This document shows, piece after piece, positions 48,869 to 57,683 of a DNA stretch of 64,000 nt. Position 1 is the stretch's first letter, and each line of letters begins with the position of its first letter. The translations under genes and the position numbers were made by a program. The notes beneath the pieces were generated by a model, which saw only the letters and a program-made list of their open reading frames with translations, was not told where the DNA came from and ran no database searches. Source of the DNA: an uncultured Lentisphaerales bacterium. Its GTDB lineage: Bacteria > Verrucomicrobiota > Lentisphaeria > JABSQK01 > CAJWLW01. The DNA lies in assembly GCA_964460215.1 (NCBI GenBank), contig CAYWQM010000011.1, positions 1,293-65,292 of the forward strand. Direction: 5' to 3'.

Positions 48869-49632
48869 TGCGGCTGAACGACAAAGTGTGTGCCATCACC
48901 GGGGCCGGTAGCGGCATTGGCGCAGCAGCGGCCCGTATTTTCGCGCGTGAAGGTGCCCGGGTCGTCCTACTCGAGATCAATCCGGAGGCGGGCCGACAGA
49001 TCGCCGACGAAATCGGTGACGCCGCGACCTTTATCGAAACCGATGTGTCCGATGCAGCCGCCGTTGCCGCTGCGTTCGAGCAGATTTCGACAGATTTTGG
49101 CCGCCTGGACGGGTTATACAACAACGCCTCGGTGTTCTGGGGTGAGCGCGATGCCAAAGTTACCGAGATCGACCTCGACGTCTATGCGCAGGTCATTGCC
49201 ATTAACCAGCACAGCGTCGTGTACTGCTGCAAGCATGCCATTCCCATGATGATCGCCGGCGACGGTGGCACCATCGTCAACACCGCCTCGAGCGCGGCAA
49301 TCAGCGGCATCCCCGGGTGTACGGCCTATACCGCTGCGAAAGGCGCTACCGTGGCGCTGACCCGGGCCATGGCAGTGGAGTATGCGCCTCAGAAGGTGCG
49401 CGTCAACTGCATCGCACCGGCCGGAATCTACACGCCGATGATCCGCGAGAGTAACCTCGACGATCCGTCGTTCAACGAGGAAGCATTCCTCGAGCGGACG
49501 CCATTGCGCCGCTGGGGGCAACCCGAGGACATTGCCAATACCGCACTGTTCCTGACCAGCGACGACAGCGCTTACATCACCGGCACGATCATCACCGCCG
49601 ACGGCGCCATCACGATCATGCCGGCATTCTGA
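48865..49632 (+). CDS. Short-chain dehydrogenase/reductase (SDR)
   Basis: TGAGSGIG, LYNNA, NTAS, YTAAK, VRVNCIAP; ATGA overlap with the upstream gene. Confidence 0.93.
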   Translation: MMRLNDKVCAITGAGSGIGAAAARIFAREGARVVLLEINPEAGRQIADEIGDAATFIETDVSDAAAVAAAFEQISTDFGRLDGLYNNASVFWGERDAKVTEIDLDVYAQVIAINQHSVVYCCKHAIPMMIAGDGGTIVNTASSAAISGIPGCTAYTAAKGATVALTRAMAVEYAPQKVRVNCIAPAGIYTPMIRESNLDDPSFNEEAFLERTPLRRWGQPEDIANTALFLTSDDSAYITGTIITADGAITIMPAF

Positions 49633-49650
49633 TCACGGACACCGAGTCGC

Positions 49651-49782
49651 ATGACCAATCCTAAATTTCCAGTTGTTTTCCACCGCGGCGTCTATTGCCC
49701 GGAGCAATGGCTACACGTTGTATGGGACAAAGACCGGCCGCCGTCAAATGACGGGAGTGACCGGCAAAAACTGCAAACCTGA
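49651..49782 (+). pseudogene. 43-codon 5' relic of a GH42 beta-galactosidase-like gene
   Basis: MTNPKFPVVFHRGVYCPEQWLHVVWDKD resembles the GH42 N-terminal motif GGDYNPEQWPEEVWEED; it degenerates and stops after 43 codons. Confidence 0.55.
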
Positions 49783-49798
49783 GCCCTCCGAAGTTCTC

Positions 49799-50938
49799 AT
49801 GCCTCCTTCCCAATTCGATACAATCGTCGTCGGTCTCGGTGTCATGGGCAGTTCAATCACCCGTGAGCTCGCCCGCAGAGGCCAGCGTGTGCTGGGTGTG
49901 GATCGAGAACGGCCGCCGCACGTGCACGGTTCGAGTCACGGACACAGCCGAGTTACACGCGAAGTATATGGTGACGACAAACGCTATGTGCCCTTTGTTC
50001 AGCGCACCAACCAATGCTGGCGCGAACTGCAGGAAGCAACCGGTACGCAACTGCTGATCGAATCCGGACTGGTGCTGATGGGCACGCCCGATTCAGCACG
50101 CATTCAGGACAGCGAAGCCAGCAGCCGTGAACATAACCTTCCCTGCGATCCACTTGAGCACGAGGCAATCAGCCGTCGCTGGCCGCAACTGCAATGCGAC
50201 CCCGACATGTGTGGGCTCTGGGATGGCAGCGCTGGGATCCTCCGCGTCGCGCCCTGCATCGAGACACTGCTCGCCCAGGCAGAAGCCAACGGCGCAACGC
50301 TACACTGCACCGCCGCGGCAGAAACCTGGCAGGCTGCTGAGGACCATGTCACCGTGCAAACTGCTACCGAGAGCTGGCAGGCAAGGCAATTGGTGATTGC
50401 TGCCGGGCCATGGCTGAGCACGTTGCTATCCGATCTGGATCTACCGCTGCAATGCGAACGACATGTGCAATACTGGTTCGAGCCGAAATCGAATCCCGAA
50501 AGATTCGCCCCGGGCAACTGCCCGATCTACTCATGGCAGTACGGCAACGATATTATCTACGGATTCCCCGACTTGGGGCACGGCATCAAGGTTGCCCGGC
50601 ACCATACCAAAGAGTTTGTCCAGCCTGATACAGTCAACCGCGACATCAACGATCGTGAACTCGACGAAGTACGCAGCTTACTGGAGAGGTTCATGCCGAC
50701 GGCCAACGGCAGACTGATCGCGCACGATGTCTGCATGTATACCAACACACCGGATTACAACTTCATCATCGACTTTCACCCGGATCATTCGAACGTCCTG
50801 ATCGTCGGCGGCTGCTCCGGCCACGGCTTCAAGTTCGGACCGGTTGTCGGCGAGCTGTCTGCAGACTTGCTGCAGGGCATTCGCGATCCGGGACTCGAGA
50901 TGTTCCAAATTGACCGGCTGATCAATCAATCCAAATAG
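49799..50938 (+). CDS. solA: N-methyl-L-tryptophan oxidase / monomeric sarcosine oxidase family flavoprotein
   Basis: VVGLGVMG, GSSHGHSRVTR, VCMYTNTPDYNFIID (covalent-FAD Cys), CSGHGFKFG. Confidence 0.85.
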   Translation: MPPSQFDTIVVGLGVMGSSITRELARRGQRVLGVDRERPPHVHGSSHGHSRVTREVYGDDKRYVPFVQRTNQCWRELQEATGTQLLIESGLVLMGTPDSARIQDSEASSREHNLPCDPLEHEAISRRWPQLQCDPDMCGLWDGSAGILRVAPCIETLLAQAEANGATLHCTAAAETWQAAEDHVTVQTATESWQARQLVIAAGPWLSTLLSDLDLPLQCERHVQYWFEPKSNPERFAPGNCPIYSWQYGNDIIYGFPDLGHGIKVARHHTKEFVQPDTVNRDINDRELDEVRSLLERFMPTANGRLIAHDVCMYTNTPDYNFIIDFHPDHSNVLIVGGCSGHGFKFGPVVGELSADLLQGIRDPGLEMFQIDRLINQSK

Positions 50939-52221
50939 CGCGGCTGTTGCGCAACGTATTCGTCCAACTGCGCGATCAGCGATGCCGCGGCAGGCGGCGG
51001 GGACTCCGCCAGGTTGTCGACCTCACCGGGATCGCGGGCCAGATCAAAAATCTCTAAACGCCGGCTGTGACGACGCGCGTCGGTGTGCAGGATTACTTTC
51101 CAGCTCGCCGTACGGATCGCGAAAATCTGCCGGTCGTCGCCGCTCAGCGCCTGCCAGCCCGCCGGTGTCGTCTCGCTGAAGGCGACCTCGCGAAATGCTG
51201 TGCCTCCATCGATCAACGGCAGCAGTGACTGCCCTTCCATCCACTCGCATTGCGGCAGGCCGAGCATCTCAAACAGCGTCGGCATGATATCGATCTGTGA
51301 AACCTGTGCATCGACAACCGTGCCCGGCTTCAGCCGCGGCGGGTACCGAAGGATCAGCGGCACTCGAATCGACTCGTCGTAGAGCGTCCCCATCAGATTA
51401 CAGGAGCAATGGCCGACGTGCCCCCGCTCCATGAGCTCCTCGCCGTGATCGGCGGTGAGAATGATCAGTGTTTCGTCGAGAATGCCCAGTGCCTCGAGCC
51501 GGCCCACCCATTCGCCGACCAGGTCGTCGAAGACCCGCACCTCACCATCGTACAGCGCCTGCACAGCACCCCGGTCCTGCGGCTCCAGGTCGACGGCAGC
51601 AGCCGTACGCCGATGCGCTTCATCGGCGTCATCGTCCGGCAGCGGATCCGCCTCGCCCGCCTCCAGTTTGCTGATCATGCCGGAGGGATGAACGATCAGG
51701 AAGTTCCGCACGATCTCCATCCGCGCCATTGTTTCGGGACTCGGCGTTTCGTCAAGGAATTGTTCGAAATACCCGGCCGGCGGATTGTAGGGCAAATGGG
51801 TGGGATACGGTTCCGCATAGAAGAACCACTTGTCGTCCCGATGCCTGTCGAAGTAGGCGGAAATTTCATCGCTCCCGGTGTCGCGCGTGAACCCCAGCGG
51901 GGCCCAGCGCATGACCAGCTCACCATCGACGCAGTATCCGGCGCGCTCAAGTGAATGCAGCGGCGTTTCGACCCCGTCCCAGGCGCCGTCACGCCACTGC
52001 ATGAACCGCTGCGCATCGACGACCCCGTGAGTCGACGGCCACTGGCTCATCAGCATCGAAACAATCGGCGGCAGCGTGTGGGCAGCGGTGGCAATGGCAC
52101 AGTCGAAACGCACCCCTTCGCGGGCCAGTCGATCACAGTTCGGTGTCGTCTCACGTTTGTAGCCGTAGCATCCCATGTGATCGGGGCGCAGCGCATCTTC
52201 AAGGATCCACAGAACATTCAT
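50926..52221 (-). CDS. Sulfatase-like hydrolase/transferase (alkaline phosphatase superfamily), Thr at the nucleophile position
   Basis: EDALRPDHMGCYGY..TTP, AHTLPPIVS instead of C/SxPxR, THLPY, TADHGE, LYDESIRVPLI. Confidence 0.85.
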   Translation of the reverse strand: MNVLWILEDALRPDHMGCYGYKRETTPNCDRLAREGVRFDCAIATAAHTLPPIVSMLMSQWPSTHGVVDAQRFMQWRDGAWDGVETPLHSLERAGYCVDGELVMRWAPLGFTRDTGSDEISAYFDRHRDDKWFFYAEPYPTHLPYNPPAGYFEQFLDETPSPETMARMEIVRNFLIVHPSGMISKLEAGEADPLPDDDADEAHRRTAAAVDLEPQDRGAVQALYDGEVRVFDDLVGEWVGRLEALGILDETLIILTADHGEELMERGHVGHCSCNLMGTLYDESIRVPLILRYPPRLKPGTVVDAQVSQIDIMPTLFEMLGLPQCEWMEGQSLLPLIDGGTAFREVAFSETTPAGWQALSGDDRQIFAIRTASWKVILHTDARRHSRRLEIFDLARDPGEVDNLAESPPPAAASLIAQLDEYVAQQPRYLD

Positions 52222-53141
52222 GATGCAGCGAATCGCTCTGCCTGACCGACGATGTCGACACCGACACGCTCACTCCAGGCATCCAGCAGGCGAGCCGCCA
52301 GCGGACCGGGATAGGCATGACCGACCGGGCGACCATCGATGCAGGAAATTGGCAGGATGCAGAAGGAAGATGTCGTCCAGAACGCCTCGTCCGCTGTGTA
52401 GGCATCATACAACGACAGGTCCTCCTCGACCGCCTCGATGCCCAGATCGCGGCACAGTCCCAGCACGTACTGGCGGCTGGTGCCGACCAGGATGCTGCCG
52501 GTCTTCGGCGTGTACAACACCCCGTCGCGGGCCACGAAAATATTGGCGCCCGTACCTTCTGCGAGGTTGCCGTCGGTATCGAGCATCAGTGCAAACGCAT
52601 CCGGATCCGTGCGTACCGCATCGCGCTTCGAGAGGAAGTGCGGAAAACGTGACCGGTTCTTCATCCGCTGATCATAGGACTGCGCCGGCGGCGACCGAAA
52701 AAAACTGGTCACCACATGTTTGCCGGTTCGATAGTAGCGCGCGTAATCGCTCTGCGGCAGCGGCGCGGTGTAGCAGATGACCGTTGGCGTGGAGGGTTCG
52801 GCGCCCCCCATCAGCGGCATCGGGAAACTTTGGCCGGGCGTCACCTGGATGTTCCCCCAGAGATCGTCGTCCGGATCCGTGAACTGTTCGTTGGCTTCGA
52901 GCGTCTGCGCCAGCGCCTGGTCGAACTGCTGCTGGTCGAGGAGATCCTGCAGCCCGGCATAGGTCAGAGATTTTTCGAGCCGACGCCAGTGTTCGCGCTG
53001 CAGGAACCAGTTGTGCTTAAACGTTCGCAGCGATTCGTAAAGCGTGACGCCGTACATCAGGCCGACGTCAAAGATCGAGATCGTCGCCTGCGATTCCGGC
53101 AGCAGTTCGCCATTGATATATACTTGCCGCTCAGAGGCCAT
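52218..53141 (-). CDS. Class IV (fold IV, BCAT/DAAT-like) PLP aminotransferase
   Basis: VYING, SIFDVGLMYGVTLYESLRT, RMKNRS (PLP Lys), LAEGTGANIF, ILVGTSR, ADEAFWTTS. Confidence 0.9.
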   Translation of the reverse strand: MASERQVYINGELLPESQATISIFDVGLMYGVTLYESLRTFKHNWFLQREHWRRLEKSLTYAGLQDLLDQQQFDQALAQTLEANEQFTDPDDDLWGNIQVTPGQSFPMPLMGGAEPSTPTVICYTAPLPQSDYARYYRTGKHVVTSFFRSPPAQSYDQRMKNRSRFPHFLSKRDAVRTDPDAFALMLDTDGNLAEGTGANIFVARDGVLYTPKTGSILVGTSRQYVLGLCRDLGIEAVEEDLSLYDAYTADEAFWTTSSFCILPISCIDGRPVGHAYPGPLAARLLDAWSERVGVDIVGQAERFAAS

Positions 53142-54006
53142 CGCTTCCCCCGGAATTGTCGCGCACACATCGTCCGACGTCGCGGGCGTGGATGCTCGGA
53201 TGTGCGGCAAATTGCTGCAGCAGCCGCTCGAATGTCGCAAAGCGATCGGCAGTGTACATGCAGATCGGATGTGCCAGTACAGTTGCAACGCCGCCCGCAG
53301 CAGCGATGTGCGTGACCTGCTCCATCACCAATTCGCCCCACCTCTCGATCGTGAACGACTCACTCGTGGGCTCGGTAGTGAACGACCAGTTCTCACGCTG
53401 CTTCTCAACATAAGCCGTCGTGCGATGGGCGTGGTAAAGATGATCATGATCCATTATCACGTTAACTGGATGGGAAATCAAACCGCTGTCGAGCTGCTCG
53501 GGGTAGAGCTTATCCCAGTTCAACTCATCGGAAAGGTAACGAATACCGTGCGCGTGCAGGATTTCGTCGGTGTTGGCATCGTGAACGAAGCCGTGGTTAC
53601 GCCAGGAGACGATTGGCGCGCCCAGACGTTCCAGGGCAATCTCGCACATCCGGCGCACGTCTTCGTCCTGGTCCTCATAGCTGCCATGCGTACCGGCATG
53701 TGAAGTCGCAACACCGCCACTCTCCATTGTTTTCTGTCGCTCAGCTGTCGAACGCGGAAATGCCTCGAACGTATGCCCGGCCACTTCACAGATCTCGACC
53801 GCGGCGATCGGTTCAAACTGCGTCCACTGGTCGGCCAGCGTGCGCCCGGTCACATACAGCGTGCACTTGACATCGTACTTCGCACACAACTGCACATATT
53901 CGAGGCTTACATCGATCTCAGAGATCGTCTGCCCCTGCTCACGCAGCCATAGTTGCTCGTTCGTATCAAGCGTATCGTGATGGGTATCGCCGGTGAGACA
54001 GATCAT
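53131..54006 (-). CDS. Polysaccharide deacetylase (NodB/CE4-like) protein
   Basis: LTGDTH, KCTLYVTG, EVAGHTF, SWRNHG, GGVATVLAHP. Confidence 0.7.
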   Translation of the reverse strand: MICLTGDTHHDTLDTNEQLWLREQGQTISEIDVSLEYVQLCAKYDVKCTLYVTGRTLADQWTQFEPIAAVEICEVAGHTFEAFPRSTAERQKTMESGGVATSHAGTHGSYEDQDEDVRRMCEIALERLGAPIVSWRNHGFVHDANTDEILHAHGIRYLSDELNWDKLYPEQLDSGLISHPVNVIMDHDHLYHAHRTTAYVEKQRENWSFTTEPTSESFTIERWGELVMEQVTHIAAAGGVATVLAHPICMYTADRFATFERLLQQFAAHPSIHARDVGRCVRDNSGGSDGL

Positions 54007-54031
54007 TATTTCGACTTGGTTGTCTTAGCTT

Positions 54032-54135
54032 CCGTGGAACGGACGGTTGGGCCGTCGAATTGAAACTTACAGTATAAATGCAAAAACCGAACCTGTAGCA
54101 GCGACACATAAACTGCCGAGCCATCCGTTCCACGG
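54032..54135. repeat. Perfect 12-bp inverted repeat bounding an 80-nt AT-rich core
   Basis: CCGTGGAACGGA (54032-54043) and TCCGTTCCACGG (54124-54135). Confidence 0.8.
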
Positions 54136-54148
54136 CAGGACGAACAGT

Positions 54149-55264
54149 TCACAACAGCTCTCGGCCAATGTGGTTGGCAAACAGCAGGCCGCGCCGTGTC
54201 GGGCGCAGATGATCCTCGTCGTGTTCAAGCAGACCATCCGCGATCAGGGCTTCGATTTGCAGACGACGCAATTCGAAAAAGTCATAGCCGGTACACTCGC
54301 GATACTCTGATCGCTGCCAGCCGGCCGTCGTACGCAGCCCGGTCGCCAGGATTTCTGCGGCGCGCGCCGGCGGCGACAGCGAATCGAGCTGCGGCGCATC
54401 CCCGTCGAACCAGGCATTGAGGTCCGACGGATTCTGCCAGCGCCCGGCTTCATCGAACCAGCAGGCGGACGGTCCGGCACCGAGAAATCGATGTCCCTTC
54501 CAGATGCGGCAGTTGTGCCGGCATTCATGCCCGGGGCGGGCGTGATTTGAAACCTCGTAGCGATGCATGCCGCAATTCTCCGCAAGGATGCTGTCGGCGG
54601 CCTCCCACATGGCGACGAGCCCGTCGTCGTCGCGCTCGCAAACGCCACGATCCGCCAGCGGCGTACCGGGTTCGACAATCAGTGAATAAGCGGACACGTG
54701 ATCGGGTCCAAGATCCGAGAGCCGACGGACATCGGCAGTGGCGCTTTCGACAGTTTGCCCCGGTGCTGCGAAAATAAGATCACAGTTGATACTGCGAACC
54801 TTACACTGACGGAGGTCATCGAAAACCTCGTAGACCCGATTTACGTCGCCGCCGCGCCCAATAGCCTGCCGGGTGTCTTCGGAAAAACTCTGGACACCTA
54901 TGGAAATTCGGTTGACACCACCGTCCAAAAGGATTTCGATCTTGTCCCGGGTCAGCGACAGCGGATTGCCTTCACAGGTGAATTCGCAATCATCTTGCAG
55001 GCTGAAATACCGGCGGATCATTGTCATCAGGCGCAGCAGCTCGCCCGGGGCGAAATGCGTCGGCGTACCGCCGCCGAGGTAGATCGTTGCCAGCGGACCA
55101 CAGCGTGCACTCAGCATATCGAGTTCAGACTCGAGTCGATCGAGAAAACGTCCGCGCAGACTGCGATCTGCTCCCTCGATCGAGAGGAAGGCGCAATAGT
55201 CACACTTGTGCGCACAGAACGGCAGGTGCACATAGATATCTGAAATGGATGAAGCCGACACCAT
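54149..55264 (-). CDS. hemW: Radical SAM heme chaperone HemW (HemN-like)
   Basis: YVHLPFCAHKCDYC (CX3CX2C), IYLGGGTP, EGNP, NRISIGVQSF, YEVSN, HNCRIW (HNxxYW-like). Confidence 0.88.
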   Translation of the reverse strand: MVSASSISDIYVHLPFCAHKCDYCAFLSIEGADRSLRGRFLDRLESELDMLSARCGPLATIYLGGGTPTHFAPGELLRLMTMIRRYFSLQDDCEFTCEGNPLSLTRDKIEILLDGGVNRISIGVQSFSEDTRQAIGRGGDVNRVYEVFDDLRQCKVRSINCDLIFAAPGQTVESATADVRRLSDLGPDHVSAYSLIVEPGTPLADRGVCERDDDGLVAMWEAADSILAENCGMHRYEVSNHARPGHECRHNCRIWKGHRFLGAGPSACWFDEAGRWQNPSDLNAWFDGDAPQLDSLSPPARAAEILATGLRTTAGWQRSEYRECTGYDFFELRRLQIEALIADGLLEHDEDHLRPTRRGLLFANHIGRELL

Positions 55265-55339
55265 CGTGTACCGGTTTGGAATCGAAGATCAGGGAACAGT
55301 ACCTTATCACATGAAAGTTCACGACAACCCCACACGGCA

Positions 55340-55744
55340 ATGATATCTTCAAACGATATGACCGATGCCGCGAGGCAACACAACAACCGCTTTGCGACAT
55401 TCATGGCACGCTGGCACTACAGCCTCGTGTTGCTGGTCGCGTATCTCGGCGTTTTTCACACCTGGATCTACGCTTCCTCGCGTACGGCTATAGCTGTCAT
55501 CGGCGTCTCCGCGTGTGCTGCGCTGGTGCTCTACATGCTGCTGGTACCGCACTACTTTGCGAACGGCATGGACCGACTGGCGCATGGCATGGTGATCCTC
55601 GACCTGCTACTCGAAGCACTGCTGCCGATCATCCATGACCACTATGGCTTTTATCTATGCGCCCTGGCGTTCACTGTCATCGTCGGCTGGCACAGGGCCC
55701 GGGTGTTATCTCGACCTGCACGCAACGGCACAACGCAAGAATGA
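55340..55744 (+). CDS. Small hypothetical membrane protein (about 4 TM)
   Basis: Four hydrophobic helices; stop overlaps the next ATG (ATGA). Start may be 55358. Confidence 0.6.
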   Translation: MISSNDMTDAARQHNNRFATFMARWHYSLVLLVAYLGVFHTWIYASSRTAIAVIGVSACAALVLYMLLVPHYFANGMDRLAHGMVILDLLLEALLPIIHDHYGFYLCALAFTVIVGWHRARVLSRPARNGTTQE

Positions 55745-57579
55745 AAATACAGCGCCAAATCTGTCTGTTGTTGATGACTGCAACGGTCTCTCTGACAACG
55801 GCTGCCGAATTCGCCGCGCCCAATATCGTCTACGTCGGCTGCACGGTACACGACACGCCGTGGCGCAGCGACCTCAAGGCATGGCGTCACTCGCGCGAGC
55901 TGATCGGTACGGCATTGACCAAATGGTTCGGCGTCGGCGCCGAACGGCAGCATCACCTGATCAATCCAAGCGCAGGTGAACTCGAGACATTTATCACGGA
56001 AACGCTGCCCCCGACCTTGCAGGCCAACGACATTGTCGTGTTCTACCTCGGCGCACATCACCGGAAAAAAGGCGGCATCCTGCTGGGCGCCCGCACGAAA
56101 ATTGCCGATCAGCAGCTCGGCGAATGGCTGCAGCGAATCCCGCAACGAACGCTGCTGCTGGCGGATGTCTGCTTTGCAACGCGTCTGGAGGACAATGTTG
56201 ATTTCCCCGACAACGTCATGCGTGTACATGGCGCGAGTCGCCGGCAAGCAGCAACCGACCTCAACCTGGATGGCAAGCATCGCAAGACCAAACGATTTTT
56301 CCGGGACACGCAGCGGATCGTGAACGAAGACCTCGAGACGCAGGAGACGCTATTCAGTATCATGGGCTACATCTGCGTGCACGCGATGCTGCAGGTACGG
56401 CAACAGCCCAATGACAGCCTCGCAGCCAGTACCCTCGCCGAGTTGATGCGGTCTGAGCAGGAACGAATGAGGCAGTATACCCGTCGCACATCAAAGACGC
56501 CGATCCTGTCGATCGCCAATCCGCAGTCATGGCTGCTGGCCGAGCGCGCCCCGGAAGCACCATGGCCGTTGGCGAATAACGGACGCGAGGGTCTGAAGGT
56601 GTCAACAATCGACGCGATGCTGACGCTCGACGAGCAGGATATAGACATGGGCTACGGCAATCTGTTGATCGGCAAGCTGTATGATCCGGGAATCGACCTG
56701 GCGCATTTTTCCGAGCAACTCGACGCCATGGCGTACGAGCTTCGTGAGCGCATCCAGGACCCGACCGACCGCAACCGCGTGGCAGCTACAATGGCAGACT
56801 ATATCTTCAACGAAAAAGGCTTCGTGGCAGATCTCGATCCATACGACGAAGACTTCCTGCTCCACGTCCTGCTGGAAACAAAGCACGGGCGTTGCAGTGC
56901 GCTGGTGGCGTTGTACATAGCCCTGGCGGAGCGCCTCGACCTGCCCTTTCAGAGCGTCTGTATTCCCGAGCACATCTACATTCGCTGGCCAGCCTCGGCA
57001 AACGGCGAAGCACTGAACATCGAAACGACACAGGACGGTGTGATCCTGGCGGACAACGTTTACGTCGAACGCTGCGGCGGCGAGTTCAGCGAAAAAGGGA
57101 AGAAGTTTTACCTACAGCCGCAAAGCAAGCGCCAGACTCTCGCCGCCCTGCTGAGTCCGCTGGGCAGTGCACTGCGCGAAAAAGAGCGCTACGACGAAGC
57201 AATCACCGCCTGCCAGCTCGCCATTTCAATCAATGTCCACGACGCCGAGGCGTGGAACAATCTCGGCATGGTCTACCGGCTGAGCGACAGTGGAGAATTG
57301 GCCAGGGTGTCTTACAGCAAGGCGCTGGCAATCAATCCCGACTTCGCGGCTGTGTGGAACAACCTGGGAACCGTCACCGATGACATCGAAGAGGGCATCG
57401 GGCATTACAAGAAGGCGGCAGCACTCGATCCCCGCCTGGCAGATGCCTGGCAGAATCTGGCACGCGCCTATTTCGATAACGGCGACTACCAGCTCAGCCT
57501 CGCTTGTGTGCGGCGCTATCACACACTGGGATACCTCATGCCGCAGGAGTTCCTCCTGCAGTTAAAGGCGAAGATGTAG
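55741..57579 (+). CDS. Exported caspase-like (C14) + transglutaminase-like (SirB1/Transglut_core2) + TPR protein
   Basis: Signal peptide; DIVVFYLGAHH and LLLADVCFA; GRCSALVALY..IPEHIYIRW..NIETT; about 4 TPRs (AWNNLG). Confidence 0.7.
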   Translation: MKIQRQICLLLMTATVSLTTAAEFAAPNIVYVGCTVHDTPWRSDLKAWRHSRELIGTALTKWFGVGAERQHHLINPSAGELETFITETLPPTLQANDIVVFYLGAHHRKKGGILLGARTKIADQQLGEWLQRIPQRTLLLADVCFATRLEDNVDFPDNVMRVHGASRRQAATDLNLDGKHRKTKRFFRDTQRIVNEDLETQETLFSIMGYICVHAMLQVRQQPNDSLAASTLAELMRSEQERMRQYTRRTSKTPILSIANPQSWLLAERAPEAPWPLANNGREGLKVSTIDAMLTLDEQDIDMGYGNLLIGKLYDPGIDLAHFSEQLDAMAYELRERIQDPTDRNRVAATMADYIFNEKGFVADLDPYDEDFLLHVLLETKHGRCSALVALYIALAERLDLPFQSVCIPEHIYIRWPASANGEALNIETTQDGVILADNVYVERCGGEFSEKGKKFYLQPQSKRQTLAALLSPLGSALREKERYDEAITACQLAISINVHDAEAWNNLGMVYRLSDSGELARVSYSKALAINPDFAAVWNNLGTVTDDIEEGIGHYKKAAALDPRLADAWQNLARAYFDNGDYQLSLACVRRYHTLGYLMPQEFLLQLKAKM

Positions 57580-57683
57580 GCCGGAGATCGCATAGCCTTA
57601 AATCTCACGGGCCTTAATTCATTGGATCCGTTCGACTCAAATCACGGCAGAAGCTTATCGTCGCTCTCGAACTGTACAGGGAG

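Noticed and set aside
54149-55264. Oxygen-independent coproporphyrinogen oxidase HemN
   Set aside because: Length (371 aa) and the HNxxYW-like motif fit HemW better.
57630-57638. GTTCGACTC, tRNA T-loop-like
   Set aside because: No cloverleaf stems, D-arm or acceptor stem around it.
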